DNA of 28,298 bases, the filler included, from an uncultured virus (IMG/VR IMGVR_UViG_2061766007_001638) (lineage: Duplodnaviria > Heunggongvirae > Uroviricota > Caudoviricetes). It is 3 parts of one record of this genome, joined end to end, with 100 filler letters (N's around TTAATTAATTAA, not from the genome) between each part and the next. Parts side by side here need not be neighbours in the genome. Positions count along the whole stretch, not along the records: positions 3,412 to 28,298 come from IMGVR_UViG_2061766007_001638; 2 more parts are not named here. The stretch is one strand, 5' to 3'. The position numbers and the translations under genes were made by a program. Shown piece by piece: positions 10,431-19,493 of this stretch (position 1 is the stretch's first letter; each line of letters opens with the position of its first letter). The notes beneath the pieces are model-generated. The model saw only the letters and a list, made by a program, of their open reading frames with translations, did no database searches and had not been told where the DNA came from.

Positions 10431-10434
10431 ATCA

Positions 10435-10465
10435 GTAAATATTTACAGTATTAGATATGTATAAT
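10435..10465. promoter_or_regulatory. Palindromic bidirectional late promoter plus a TATAAT box
   Basis: GTAAATATATTTAC (10435-10448) is a perfect palindrome with GTAAATA on both strands; TATAAT at 10460-10465 on plus. Confidence 0.6.
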
Positions 10466-10475
10466 ATTCTTTGCC

Positions 10476-12077
10476 ATGATTGAATATGACGAGAAGATTG
10501 ATTCGATTTTGCGAGATTGGGTTGAAAAATTTCCACGGTCGTATTTTAANNNNNNNNNNNNNNNNNNNNNNNNNNNNNNNNNNNNNNNNNNNNNNNNNNN
10601 NNNNNNNNNNNNNNNNNNNNNNNNNNNNNNCAAGAATATTCTCGAATATGTCGAAAAATGCACACCTTTATTGAACGACAACAAATATATTATCTCGACA
10701 AAGGTATATTGGGTTCTGAACAAAATTCAAGATTTTCCAAGGTGCAAAATATGTGGAAGCAAATTANNNNNNNNNNNNNNNNNNNNNNNNNNNNNNNNNN
10801 NNNNNNNNNNNNNNNNNNNNNNNNNNNNNNNNNNNNNNNNNNNNNNNNNNNNNNNNNNNNNNNNNNNNNNNNNNNNNNNNNNNNNNAAAAATTGACGAGA
10901 CAAATATCAAGAAATATGGAACAAGGAGATTTACTCAAACAGACAAGTTCAAATCCATCATAATAGAACGAAATTACGATATCGAACAAAAGAAAAGGAA
11001 TACGCATCTTGCAAACAAATCTTACTCTGAATCAAAACCAGANNNNNNNNNNNNNNNNNNNCCAGACTTAATCTGGCATTATACTTCAGACGAATATCCA
11101 TTTGAATGTGACTTTTATTCTCCATCTGACAATATATACATGGAGTATAACGGAACATGGACTCACGGAGAACATCCATTTGATAAAAACAACCAAAATG
11201 ACATAGATAAGGTCAATGAGTGGAAATCGAAGACCGACAAGAATGGTAAAATAAGACCATATTACAAGAACGCGATATATACATGGACCATTCTCGATGT
11301 GAGAAAAAGAGAATGTGCAGTTTCAAACGGTTTAAAACACATCGTATTCTGGAACTTGAACGAGGTATACGAATATGCAATACCAAATTATAATGATATC
11401 CTTCTGGTAAAAGACATAATAATTCCTTTTAGACGAAGCGTAATAGAAAACGAATTCATTTATTATAGAGACACAAAATGTCCAATATTGAATCAATATG
11501 TTTCAACCAGAAACGAGATAGTTAAGTTTTTTCAACAAGATATGTTCTTCAAAGAAGAAAGAAGGATATGGAACAAAGATATTGTCAAACGGAACAAGTT
11601 GATTGAAAACAGGATGAAATATCTTAAAAAGAATGTAAGTGAGCTTACACATTGCGATATTCTCAATGGATTCAAAAGGTCTGGAATATATTATGGATAT
11701 TCACATTTCAATCCTTTGTGGTTCAAGTGGTTCATAGAGAAATATGGAGTAAAAAAATGTTATGACCCGACTGGAGGATGGGGTCACAGGCTTCTTGGTG
11801 GATTAGACTTAGAGAAATACATATACAACGACAAGTCTCAAACTACAAAGAAACATGTAGATGAAATGATAGACTTTTTCAATATAAAAAATACAATTAC
11901 ATATTGTTCTGATGCANNNNNNNNNNNNNNNNNNNNNNNNNNTGTTCACTTGTCCTCCATATTTCAACCTAGAGAAATACGAATGTGGTGATTTCAAGTC
12001 TAGAATTGAATTTGATGAATTTATAGAATGTCTGTTCAATATCTTTAATTTCAAAAATTCGTGTAATATATTCGGAC
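10476..12077 (+). CDS. Zn-ribbon/KYG-repeat Vsr/DUF559-like endonuclease fused to an amino-DNA methyltransferase; 3' end lost in a gap
   Basis: PRCKICG, TNIKKYG, SKP..YPFECDFY..IYMEYNGTWTHG..D..KR; then, with no gap, YDPTGGWGHRLLG (SAM-binding motif I); after a gap, FTCPPYFNLEKY (motif IV). Visibly AT-richer than its neighbours. Confidence 0.75.
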
Positions 12078-12087
12078 NNNNNNNNNN

Positions 12088-13603
12088 CATACCGTTGCTC
12101 CAGCTGTACTGCTGCGTAAGACCATCGACCACGATGTAGTGGTAGTAGTTCTTCGCATCCCACACGCTGTTCATGATGCCGTAACGCGTACGAGCACCGA
12201 TACGAGGCGTGAGGGTGTCGGGGTCCAGGACCTTCTGGAGCTGCACAGGGACGTATGGGCAATAAATTATGCCGTTGTCCGCAGGATGCGCACCCTTGTA
12301 TCCCATGACGATGTAGTCGCCAGCCGCATAGACGTCGCGGACGAGGAGCTGCTGACCATCGTTGATGAGACCAATCTTCGTGAGCGCACCGACGCCGCTG
12401 TCAGGCACGGAAGGAGCGTTCTTGCTGTTCTGGAACGAGACGAACTTCTCGCGGCTCATCTGCTCGAGGAGGGCGCAAACGCGAGGTGACGTAATCACGA
12501 AGTTTGCGTGTCCACGACGAGTGCGGAGAGCAATCTGGTTAGCCTCAATCGTGACCTGAGTGAGGAGCGTCTGGAGACGGCCCATCTGGTCAAGACCATC
12601 TGCGTAAGCAGGATTCCATCCAGAGATGGAGCCTCCGACGATAGCCGTCTTCACCATCTCCGTCACAATCTGACGGTCGATTTCAGCACCAAGCTCGTAG
12701 GTGATGAGGTTCACGAACTCGGACTCAACGTCAAAGTTGTGGATTGCCNNNNNNNNNNNNNNTCTTGGCCTCAACCATCGTCTTGAGGAAGTCGAACGAA
12801 ACCATCGGATAGGAACCGTTGCTGAAGCGTGCATACTCGGAGTTGTATCCGAGAGGTGCACCCTCGCCAGACCAAGGTCCATTTCCGTTGGTTCCGACAT
12901 ACTGCTTCCACGCAGCTGCCTTAGCGCCGTCCTCTGTGAACCAAGGAGCGTTTGTAGAAGAACCATCAGCCTTGGTTCCATTTGCATACGTTCCATTCCA
13001 CGCAGGAGTCTCACCCGTGAGAGATGTGAGTCCACCAGTAAGCTCGTTGCCCGTATAGCGGGTATCGACTGGATTGAATCCGATTTCCTGGTCGTGGATG
13101 TCCAGATGACCCGTTGGGTCTGTGCGGCAGTCACCATANNNNNNNNNNNNNTCGCCATACTTCGCACGATAAGCGAGAGCGTATCCGAGAGGTCCGTTGA
13201 GGGCCTGGACACCAACGAGCTCATGAGCGATGAGGGATGGGAACAGACGACGCACCATAGGCATGATGACGTTCGGGAGGTAGTAATCACCGTAATCGGA
13301 AGCGTTCTTGATGTTCTCGCGTCCGAACTTGCCCTTCAGATATCCCTTAGACGTCTTTCCGTCAATAGGATATGCGTCCTTGCCACCGAGGGGGGACTTT
13401 CCGCCTCCGTAAATCTCACCAGACGTCATGCCCGTGGCTTCCGTCAGGAGACCAGCCTTGGCGAACTCCTTCGCCGTGTTCTCGAGAAGCTGAGAAACGC
13501 TCTTCCTCACCTCGTAGCTGGTAATCTTCTCAGAGCCAGCCTCGACGATGGGAGCCCAACGCTTCATAATCGTCTCGATGTCTTCTTGAATAATCTTTGC
13601 CAT
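12088..13603 (-). CDS. gp23: T4 gp23-like major capsid protein; 3' end in a gap
   Basis: MPMVRRLFPSLIAHELVGVQALNGPLG, VEAK-gap-AIHNFDVESE..AEIDRQI, TRRGHANFVITSP, GYKG..GIIYCPYVP, DPDTLTPRIGARTRYG. Probable LLTE/A processing site; no visible TAG. Confidence 0.95.
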
Positions 13604-13627
13604 TTTTACTTTCCTTTTGTTTATGGC

Positions 13628-14620
13628 TTAGTTTTTTGGGGTTAGGTGGTCAAGGGTGTCAATCCATTGCTGCATGTNNNNNNNNNNNNNNNNNNNNNNN
13701 NNNNNNNNNNNTGGGGTTTCCTCTTCCTCATCTACTGTGGTGGAATTGGAATCTCCTTCCGAGTTTTGCTCTGGTGGATTACTTTCCGTCCCGTTGCCAT
13801 CACCTTCACCTGTCTTTTCGGGGGTTTTCTCTTCATCCTGTTTTTCCTGCATGATGTCGTTAATCGCCTCCTCCAAGTTCTTTTCCTCTTGTATCGAATC
13901 CCTTTCGTCCTCCAGTTTCTGCTGTACGCTTTCCAGTACGGTCTTGTAACTGGACTTCGCGTCCTCGAGAGACATCTTTTCAAGGCGTTTTCTCACCTCT
14001 TTGGATTCGACTATAGGTAAATTCTTAGTTTTTTCGTTTATGAACTCCATTTTCTCGTATTTTTCGCATTTTTCCTGGAGCTTCATGTTATTGTCGATTG
14101 ACTCTTTCAAGATTGTCTGACAGTTCTCAAGCTTTTCTTTCAATTCTACGCTCTCGTTCATGAACTTTGCCTTAATCTCGTCTTTCTCCTTTTCAACCTG
14201 CTTCTGGACCGCGTCGTCGTTGACAAGAAGCATTCCCTTGAGTGATTCTTGAATCTGCTCGAGTTTCTGCATCCTTTCGTAGTCAACNNNNNNNNNNNNN
14301 NNNNNNNNNNNNNNNTGGTCTACGGCTTCCGTCATAAGCTTCTGGGATTTAAGGACGTCAATCTTGTTCGCCTTCTCAAATACCTCTTTCTGATGTGCGG
14401 TTATGCTCTCGAAGACTTCCTTGAACTCCTTTTCCATCTTCTCTTCCACGAGTTTCTTGGTCGCCTTTATCGCGTTGTCCCTCGTCTCGTCGAGCTTGGT
14501 CTGGAAATCAAGCATGAAAGTGTCGAGGCTGTTTTTCTGGGACTCGTTAAGAGTCACCCCGACTTCCTCAAACACCTTGAGGAGTTCATCGTATTTCTTC
14601 TTTAGCGTTTTAAGTGCCAT
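13628..14620 (-). CDS. gp22: gp22-like prohead core/scaffold protein
   Basis: Long E/K-rich coiled coil immediately upstream of the capsid gene, with several LxE/IxE sites (LNES, MTEA, LKES, LEEA) and a C-terminal MQQWIDTL helix; TAA; no visible TAG. Confidence 0.75.
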   Translation of the reverse strand: MALKTLKKKYDELLKVFEEVGVTLNESQKNSLDTFMLDFQTKLDETRDNAIKATKKLVEEKMEKEFKEVFESITAHQKEVFEKANKIDVLKSQKLMTEAVDXXXXXXXXXXVDYERMQKLEQIQESLKGMLLVNDDAVQKQVEKEKDEIKAKFMNESVELKEKLENCQTILKESIDNNMKLQEKCEKYEKMEFINEKTKNLPIVESKEVRKRLEKMSLEDAKSSYKTVLESVQQKLEDERDSIQEEKNLEEAINDIMQEKQDEEKTPEKTGEGDGNGTESNPPEQNSEGDSNSTTVDEEEETPXXXXXXXXXXXXMQQWIDTLDHLTPKN

Positions 14621-14642
14621 GTCAGTAAATCCTGTCTATTCG

Positions 14643-14699
14643 TATTTACAAAAAAGTTATGGACATTCCGTCATTTTTGGATATCTTTTAGATATTTAC
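14643..14699 (-). promoter_or_regulatory. Tandem late promoters upstream of the scaffold-capsid operon
   Basis: GTAAATA at 14643-14649 and 14693-14699. Confidence 0.7.
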
Positions 14700-14707
14700 A
14701 TTATTTT

Positions 14708-16591
14708 TCATTGGTTTCCGAAGCCAAACGACGGTTCCTCGCTACTATTTTCCTCTCCAGGGGGTGAATTATCGGCTTTTGGGGGTTCTGGAGCCTCGCC
14801 GTCTCCTTCTCCAGATGGCTCTCCTCCATCTTCTTCTCCTCCGCTTTCCTGACCCTCTTCTTCATTTTCCTTTTCTTCGCCAGAAAGCCTCAGAGGTGAC
14901 TTGAAGTCAAGGGGCTTGTTGTCGTCTCCAATCTTGTCGGCATAATAATCAGCAAGCGCAACAAGCTGCTTCTCTTTTATCAGGTTAAGGAAGTTCTGGT
15001 CTATTTCCTCGTCCGTCATCTTGAGAATCTTCTTCATCGCGTTTATCTTGGAGAGTTCTTCCTGGTCTACAACGGCCTTGTACGTATCCATCATGGCCGT
15101 CACGTGTTTCTGGGTCTGGTACAGGTCATAAAGGATTGGAGTCACGAAATCAACGCTGAAATCCGATTCTTTAAGCTGATATGTCTTCCAGAGTCCTATG
15201 AGCTTCAAATGGGTGATGAAACTTCTCTTTAGACCCATCGACATTCTTCTCTGTATTCTTATGACGCTTCGCGCCATGGAATATTCTTCATATGTTATCG
15301 TATCATCTCTCTCAAGCGAATTCTCTGGAGCCTTGTATCTTGAAAAAGGAACCTTGAACTACTTGAAAAGACGCCTTAAGAAGAATTCGATGTCTGCTAT
15401 CTATTCATAATCTGCGGTTGAACCGACCGATTCCACCGTAGTACCGTCGTTGGCGTTTGTCTTTCCGAAGAAATACGTCTCTAGCATCGAAACTGGGTTG
15501 TATACCTGGGTAATTTCCCGTTCGCTGCTCTGGTTCATCTCTCTGGACGAGATTATCTTCTTCGACTTGAGGTCGTTTATGAACTGCTGTATTTTCTGGC
15601 GTGCGACCTTGTCCGCCATTCCGCCAGTGTTGATGTTGAAGAGAAGTCTTTCTGGAGCCCTAGTAACACGTAGGATTACGGCTGCGTCCTGCATGAGTGC
15701 GAGCTGATGGTATGCCTATTTGCATTTTTCTATGAGAGGAAACACCATCAAACCGTCTGGAGACGTTTCTCCAGATGAAATGTACGTAATCTGTGGCCAC
15801 AGAAGGGGAATCGTGTCGTCCTTGTCGAAATCGACGTTGGACTAGACGGCAATCATGTTGTTGAATATGGACCTCGCCCCTATACAACTGTTCGAGATAA
15901 TGTTCTTCAGGTCCTTGTTCATCTTCTCCTTGTTGAACACTATGCCCATCGAACGTCCAGTCTCTCCGTTCAGAAGGGTTTCATAGTATTCTGTAGGAAG
16001 ATACTTCACCCCTATTATTCCGAGTTCTGGTTTCTGTGGATTGATGATGTTCTCGAATGCAACCTCCCCTTCGACAAGGAGTTTCTTCACCATCCAGAAC
16101 GCATCTTCCTTGAACTTGAACAGGTNNNNNNNNNNNNNNNNNNNNNNNNNNNGGTGCTTCTTGTTCGCTGGAATGTTAAGTTTTATCGTCTGACCAGTCT
16201 CGTCTTCGTGCAGAACGTCATCAGCTATCTCACATAGGCAAAAATCGCACTCCGTGTACATTGCCATGGCCCTGTACTGCCTTATCCTCTCCGACTTGTT
16301 CGTCATCAGTGGAAGTGCAAGAATGCCAGAGAACAATGACTGGAAGTATCTGTCTGGAGACGCAATCTAAGTGTGTGTAGGGAACCTTGAAACAACGGAA
16401 CGCCTGTCTATTATGTCCTATATGTTGTTCTGGGCGTTGTTGAATATCTCTATGTTCGGGTTTTTGCTGATTGCCTCTGGTCCGAACTGCTGATTTCCGA
16501 CGGGGATTTGGTTTTTCTGGACCTAATCCCCGTGGTTTATCTGCCTTTTTCCATTAAGGCTCCTGTATTTCCTGAACAAACCCTCTAACAT
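14708..16591 (-). CDS. gp20: T4 gp20-like portal protein with 7 in-frame TAG
   Basis: RIRQYRAMAMYTECD..EIADD, AYHQLALMQDAAVILRVTRAPERLLFNINTG, SMLETYFF..GTTVESV, IADIEFF..FKVPFSR..ITYEE. TAG at 16523, 16418, 16367, 15842, 15716, 15401 and 15359; TGA at 14708. Confidence 0.93.
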
Positions 16592-16600
16592 AATAAATCA

Positions 16601-17365
16601 TCAAAGATTGTTGCCGATTGCATTTGAAGCGGAACCGTTATCGGATTTTCCATTCGCGTAATCGTCGATATCTGCAAGGCTCTCGTCATCTCCATGCCCA
16701 CTGTCGTCGGCATTCTGCTCGCTTCTCTTCTGCCATTCGGACTTTTCGTCATCCGCGTCGTCAAGGTCGTCGTCTTTGCTTGAATCGTAGTAGAACCAGT
16801 CCGTGCTTGGGTCCCCCAGCTTCTCCCTGACCGCCTGGATTATTCCATCAATTCCCTTTACGTCTTTTTTCGACCCGAACTTCTTTTCAAGTGCGTTCAT
16901 AGCCTTTTCGGCTTCGGCGTTGGTGAGTTTTATGTTCTTCTCACCCTCTGGTCCGCTTCCGTTTATCGTTATCTCTGTAAAATCCTTGTCTCCCTTGAAC
17001 TTGACCTCTACCGTTCCGACTGGTCCCTTCTCGCCAAGGAACGCGGTTCCCATTCTAAGGACCTTTCCTGGCTTCACGACGGCAATCGTCTTGTCGTTTC
17101 CGTGCTTCTTGTTCCAGTCAGACATTATGTCCGCAGCAGACATTGCTTCATCTGCCTTGGTAGTGACCTTTCCACCTTTCTTGAAGTATTCCTCTATCTG
17201 GTCCACGGCGTTTCCGAGAGCTATGTCCGTGATGTAGACCTTGTCTTCCTTGTTTCCTTCTTCTAGCTGTTCTCCGTCCGTATATTCATCGTCTTGGTTT
17301 GGAAAATACCTTCCCTCGTTCACCATGTGAACCCAGGTTTTCATGCATTCGGAAAAAGTCTTCAT
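16601..17365 (-). CDS. Hypothetical late protein, candidate internal head protein
   Basis: 254 aa with N-terminal MKTFSEC..VNEG and an acidic tail; GTAAATA at 17396-17402; directly upstream of portal. Confidence 0.7.
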   Translation of the reverse strand: MKTFSECMKTWVHMVNEGRYFPNQDDEYTDGEQLEEGNKEDKVYITDIALGNAVDQIEEYFKKGGKVTTKADEAMSAADIMSDWNKKHGNDKTIAVVKPGKVLRMGTAFLGEKGPVGTVEVKFKGDKDFTEITINGSGPEGEKNIKLTNAEAEKAMNALEKKFGSKKDVKGIDGIIQAVREKLGDPSTDWFYYDSSKDDDLDDADDEKSEWQKRSEQNADDSGHGDDESLADIDDYANGKSDNGSASNAIGNNL

Positions 17366-17449
17366 AATAAATGTCCTTTGGGATTGTTTATATCTTATTT
17401 ACAGCAAAACCAAACGGAACCGTAAGCTTGCAGGAGATTTACTACTAGA

Positions 17450-17706
17450 TTAATGTATGTACTTTCCGTTTAAGATGTCGTGGATATTCTCTACGGCGTC
17501 TTTCTGTGAAATGACGGATTCGTTTTTTACTGGATATTCAGTACTTTCCGTAACCATTCCGTTTTTAGACAGCCTTGCTTTTCTTTCCTCGGAAATTTTC
17601 TTCCTATGGTCGTATGTTACGACTTCCCTGACCTTTTGGNNNNNNNNNNNNNNNNNNNNNNNNAGTCCAATATGCTCACTATGAGTTTCTCGCCAGAAGT
17701 CATCAT
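17450..17706 (-). CDS. Small hypothetical protein
   Basis: MMTSGEKLIVSILD-gap-QKVREVV...GKYIH and TAA. The start overlaps the TGA of an upstream frame (..ETQKVIGG) that emerges from the large N block. Confidence 0.45.
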
Positions 17707-18634
17707 CCACCTATCACTTTCTGCGTCTCATGAAGAGGAATGGGCTTGAAATTCCCTAGTTTGTCAGACGTCCAACCGTCTTTTTCTTCATCGTAATAAN
17801 NNNNNNNNNNNNNNNNNNNNNNNNNNNNNNNNNNNNNNNNNNNNNNNNNNNNNNNNNNNNNNNNNNNNNNNNNNNNNNNNNNNNNNNNNNNNNNNNNNNN
17901 NNNNNNNNNNNNNNNNNNNNNNNNNNNNNNNNNNNNNNNNNNNNNNNNNNNNNNNNNNNNNNNNNNNNNNNNNNNNNNNNNNNNNNNNNNNNNNNNNNNN
18001 NNNNNNNNNNNNNNNNNNNNNNNNNNNNNNNNNNNNNNNNNNNNNNNNNNNNNNNNNNNNNNNNNNNNNNNNNNNNNNNNNNNNNNNNNNNNNNNNNNNN
18101 NNNNNNNNNNNNNNNNNNNNNNNNNNNNNNNNNNNNNNNNNNNNNNNNNNNNNNNNNNNNNNNNNNNNNNNNNNNNNNNNNNNNNNNNNNNNNNNNNNNN
18201 NNNNNNNNNNNNNNNNNNNNNNNNNNNNNNNNNNNNNNNNNNNNNNNNNNNNNNNNNNNNNNNNNNNNNNNNNNNNNNNNNNNNNNNNNNNNNNNNNNNN
18301 NNNNNNNNNNNNNNNNNNNNNNNNNNNNNNNNNNNNNNNNNNNNNNNNNNNNNNNNNNNNNNNNNNNNNNNNNNNNNNNNNNNNNNNNNNNNNNNNNNNN
18401 NNNNNNNNNNNNNNNNNNNNNNNNNNNNNNNNNNNNNNNNNNNNNNNNNNNNNNNNNNNNNNNNNNNNNNNNNNNNNNNNNNNNNNNNNNNNNNNNNNNN
18501 NNNNNNNNNNNNNNNNNNNNNNNNNNNNNNNNNNNNNNNNNNNNNNNNNNNNNNNNNNNNNNNNNNNNNNNNNNNNNNNNNNNNNNNNNNNNNNNNNNNN
18601 NNNNNNNNNNNNNNNNNNNNNNNNNNNNNNNNNN

Positions 18635-19406
18635 GAATACAAGACGACCGACGCCGTTAAAAATTCCGCACAACATCATTGTTATGATGACCAACTGCTG
18701 AGAAAGTCCAGATTCCTTGAGAATTGACGCACAAGAACCGATTAGAATGAGTCCCATCGAAATGTTCAGGAACATGAACGTCCACATTTTCCTGAAAAAC
18801 GGGTCTTTCAAGCGTTCAATGTAGCTGAAATCCTTCTTTTTCTGTCTTTTAAGCTTGATTAACGCGTATTTCGGCTTGTTTATGAGGANNNNNNNNNNNN
18901 NNNNNNNNNNNNNNNNNNNNNNNAGAACGTTCCAGCGATTCCAAACCTCGGAAACAGGAATCCAAACAGCCACGAACAAAGCGCGGAACCCAATCCAAAC
19001 GTGAAAATCGATATTGCCGAAAGTATTCCCTTATGTTTTGTCGCTGGAAACCAGAGAAGCATGTTCTTGTTTGGAGTAATATAACCAATCNNNNNNNNNN
19101 NNNNNNCAACGGTAGGCTTTTGATTGAACATGCAAGTCCTCCAAGGGCGAGTCCAGAAATAAGAAGAAAAGACGACGCGGTCGCTGCCATTTTTATCCGT
19201 CTCTCCACAAGAGGACCAAAAAGTGCAGCACCCATTCCAAGGAAAAAGATGTTCAGGCAGAACGTAAACTGAACTGCCTTTACGGAACATCCCATAATCT
19301 CGGCTATATGCGGGGTAAACAAGCTGAACGCATAACAGAACCCGATACACAGAGTCAACATTATGCACGGAAACACCGATTTCAACAATTTATACATCAA
19401 TTTCAT
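18635..19406 (-). CDS. MFS transporter, oxalate:formate antiporter (OxlT/YhjX-like) family; 3' part masked
   Basis: LCIGFCYAFSLF, FFLGMGAALFGPLVER, IGYITP..L.WFP..KG..SAISIFTFGLGS, F..MW..MFLNISMGL, GIFNGVGRLVF; many transmembrane-like segments across three gap-shifted frames. Confidence 0.8.
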
Positions 19407-19493
19407 TTCTTTTTCGCCTTTAGATGGTTGTGTTCACAAAATCTCAAAACATCTTCCTCTGTACGAAACGTGTGTCGTCTCCATAATATTATA

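Noticed and set aside
11809..12087. Capsid C-terminal extension PNILHEFLKL... in the 493-aa ORF
   Set aside because: It is the antisense of the methyltransferase gene, joined across a 10-N gap that hides both true 3' ends.
12749..12762. Apparent frameshift in the major capsid gene
   Set aside because: It coincides with a 14-N gap where a longer conserved gp23 segment is expected. N runs do not preserve length, and the same applies to the shifts in the MFS, YqeY, GroES and MTase genes.
12701..13645. 314-aa plus-strand ORF and other antisense ORFs in the track
   Set aside because: These are shadows of codon-biased minus-strand genes, with no recognisable motifs or start signals.
14708..16591. 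Portal, gp55 and others as pseudogenes or intron-split genes
   Set aside because: Every interruption is a single in-frame TAG with no inserted sequence, in essential genes. Recoding explains all of them.
17800..18634. 407-aa and 284-aa ORFs across the large N block
   Set aside because: Mostly N. The block hides the MFS end and at least one other gene, so nothing can be called.
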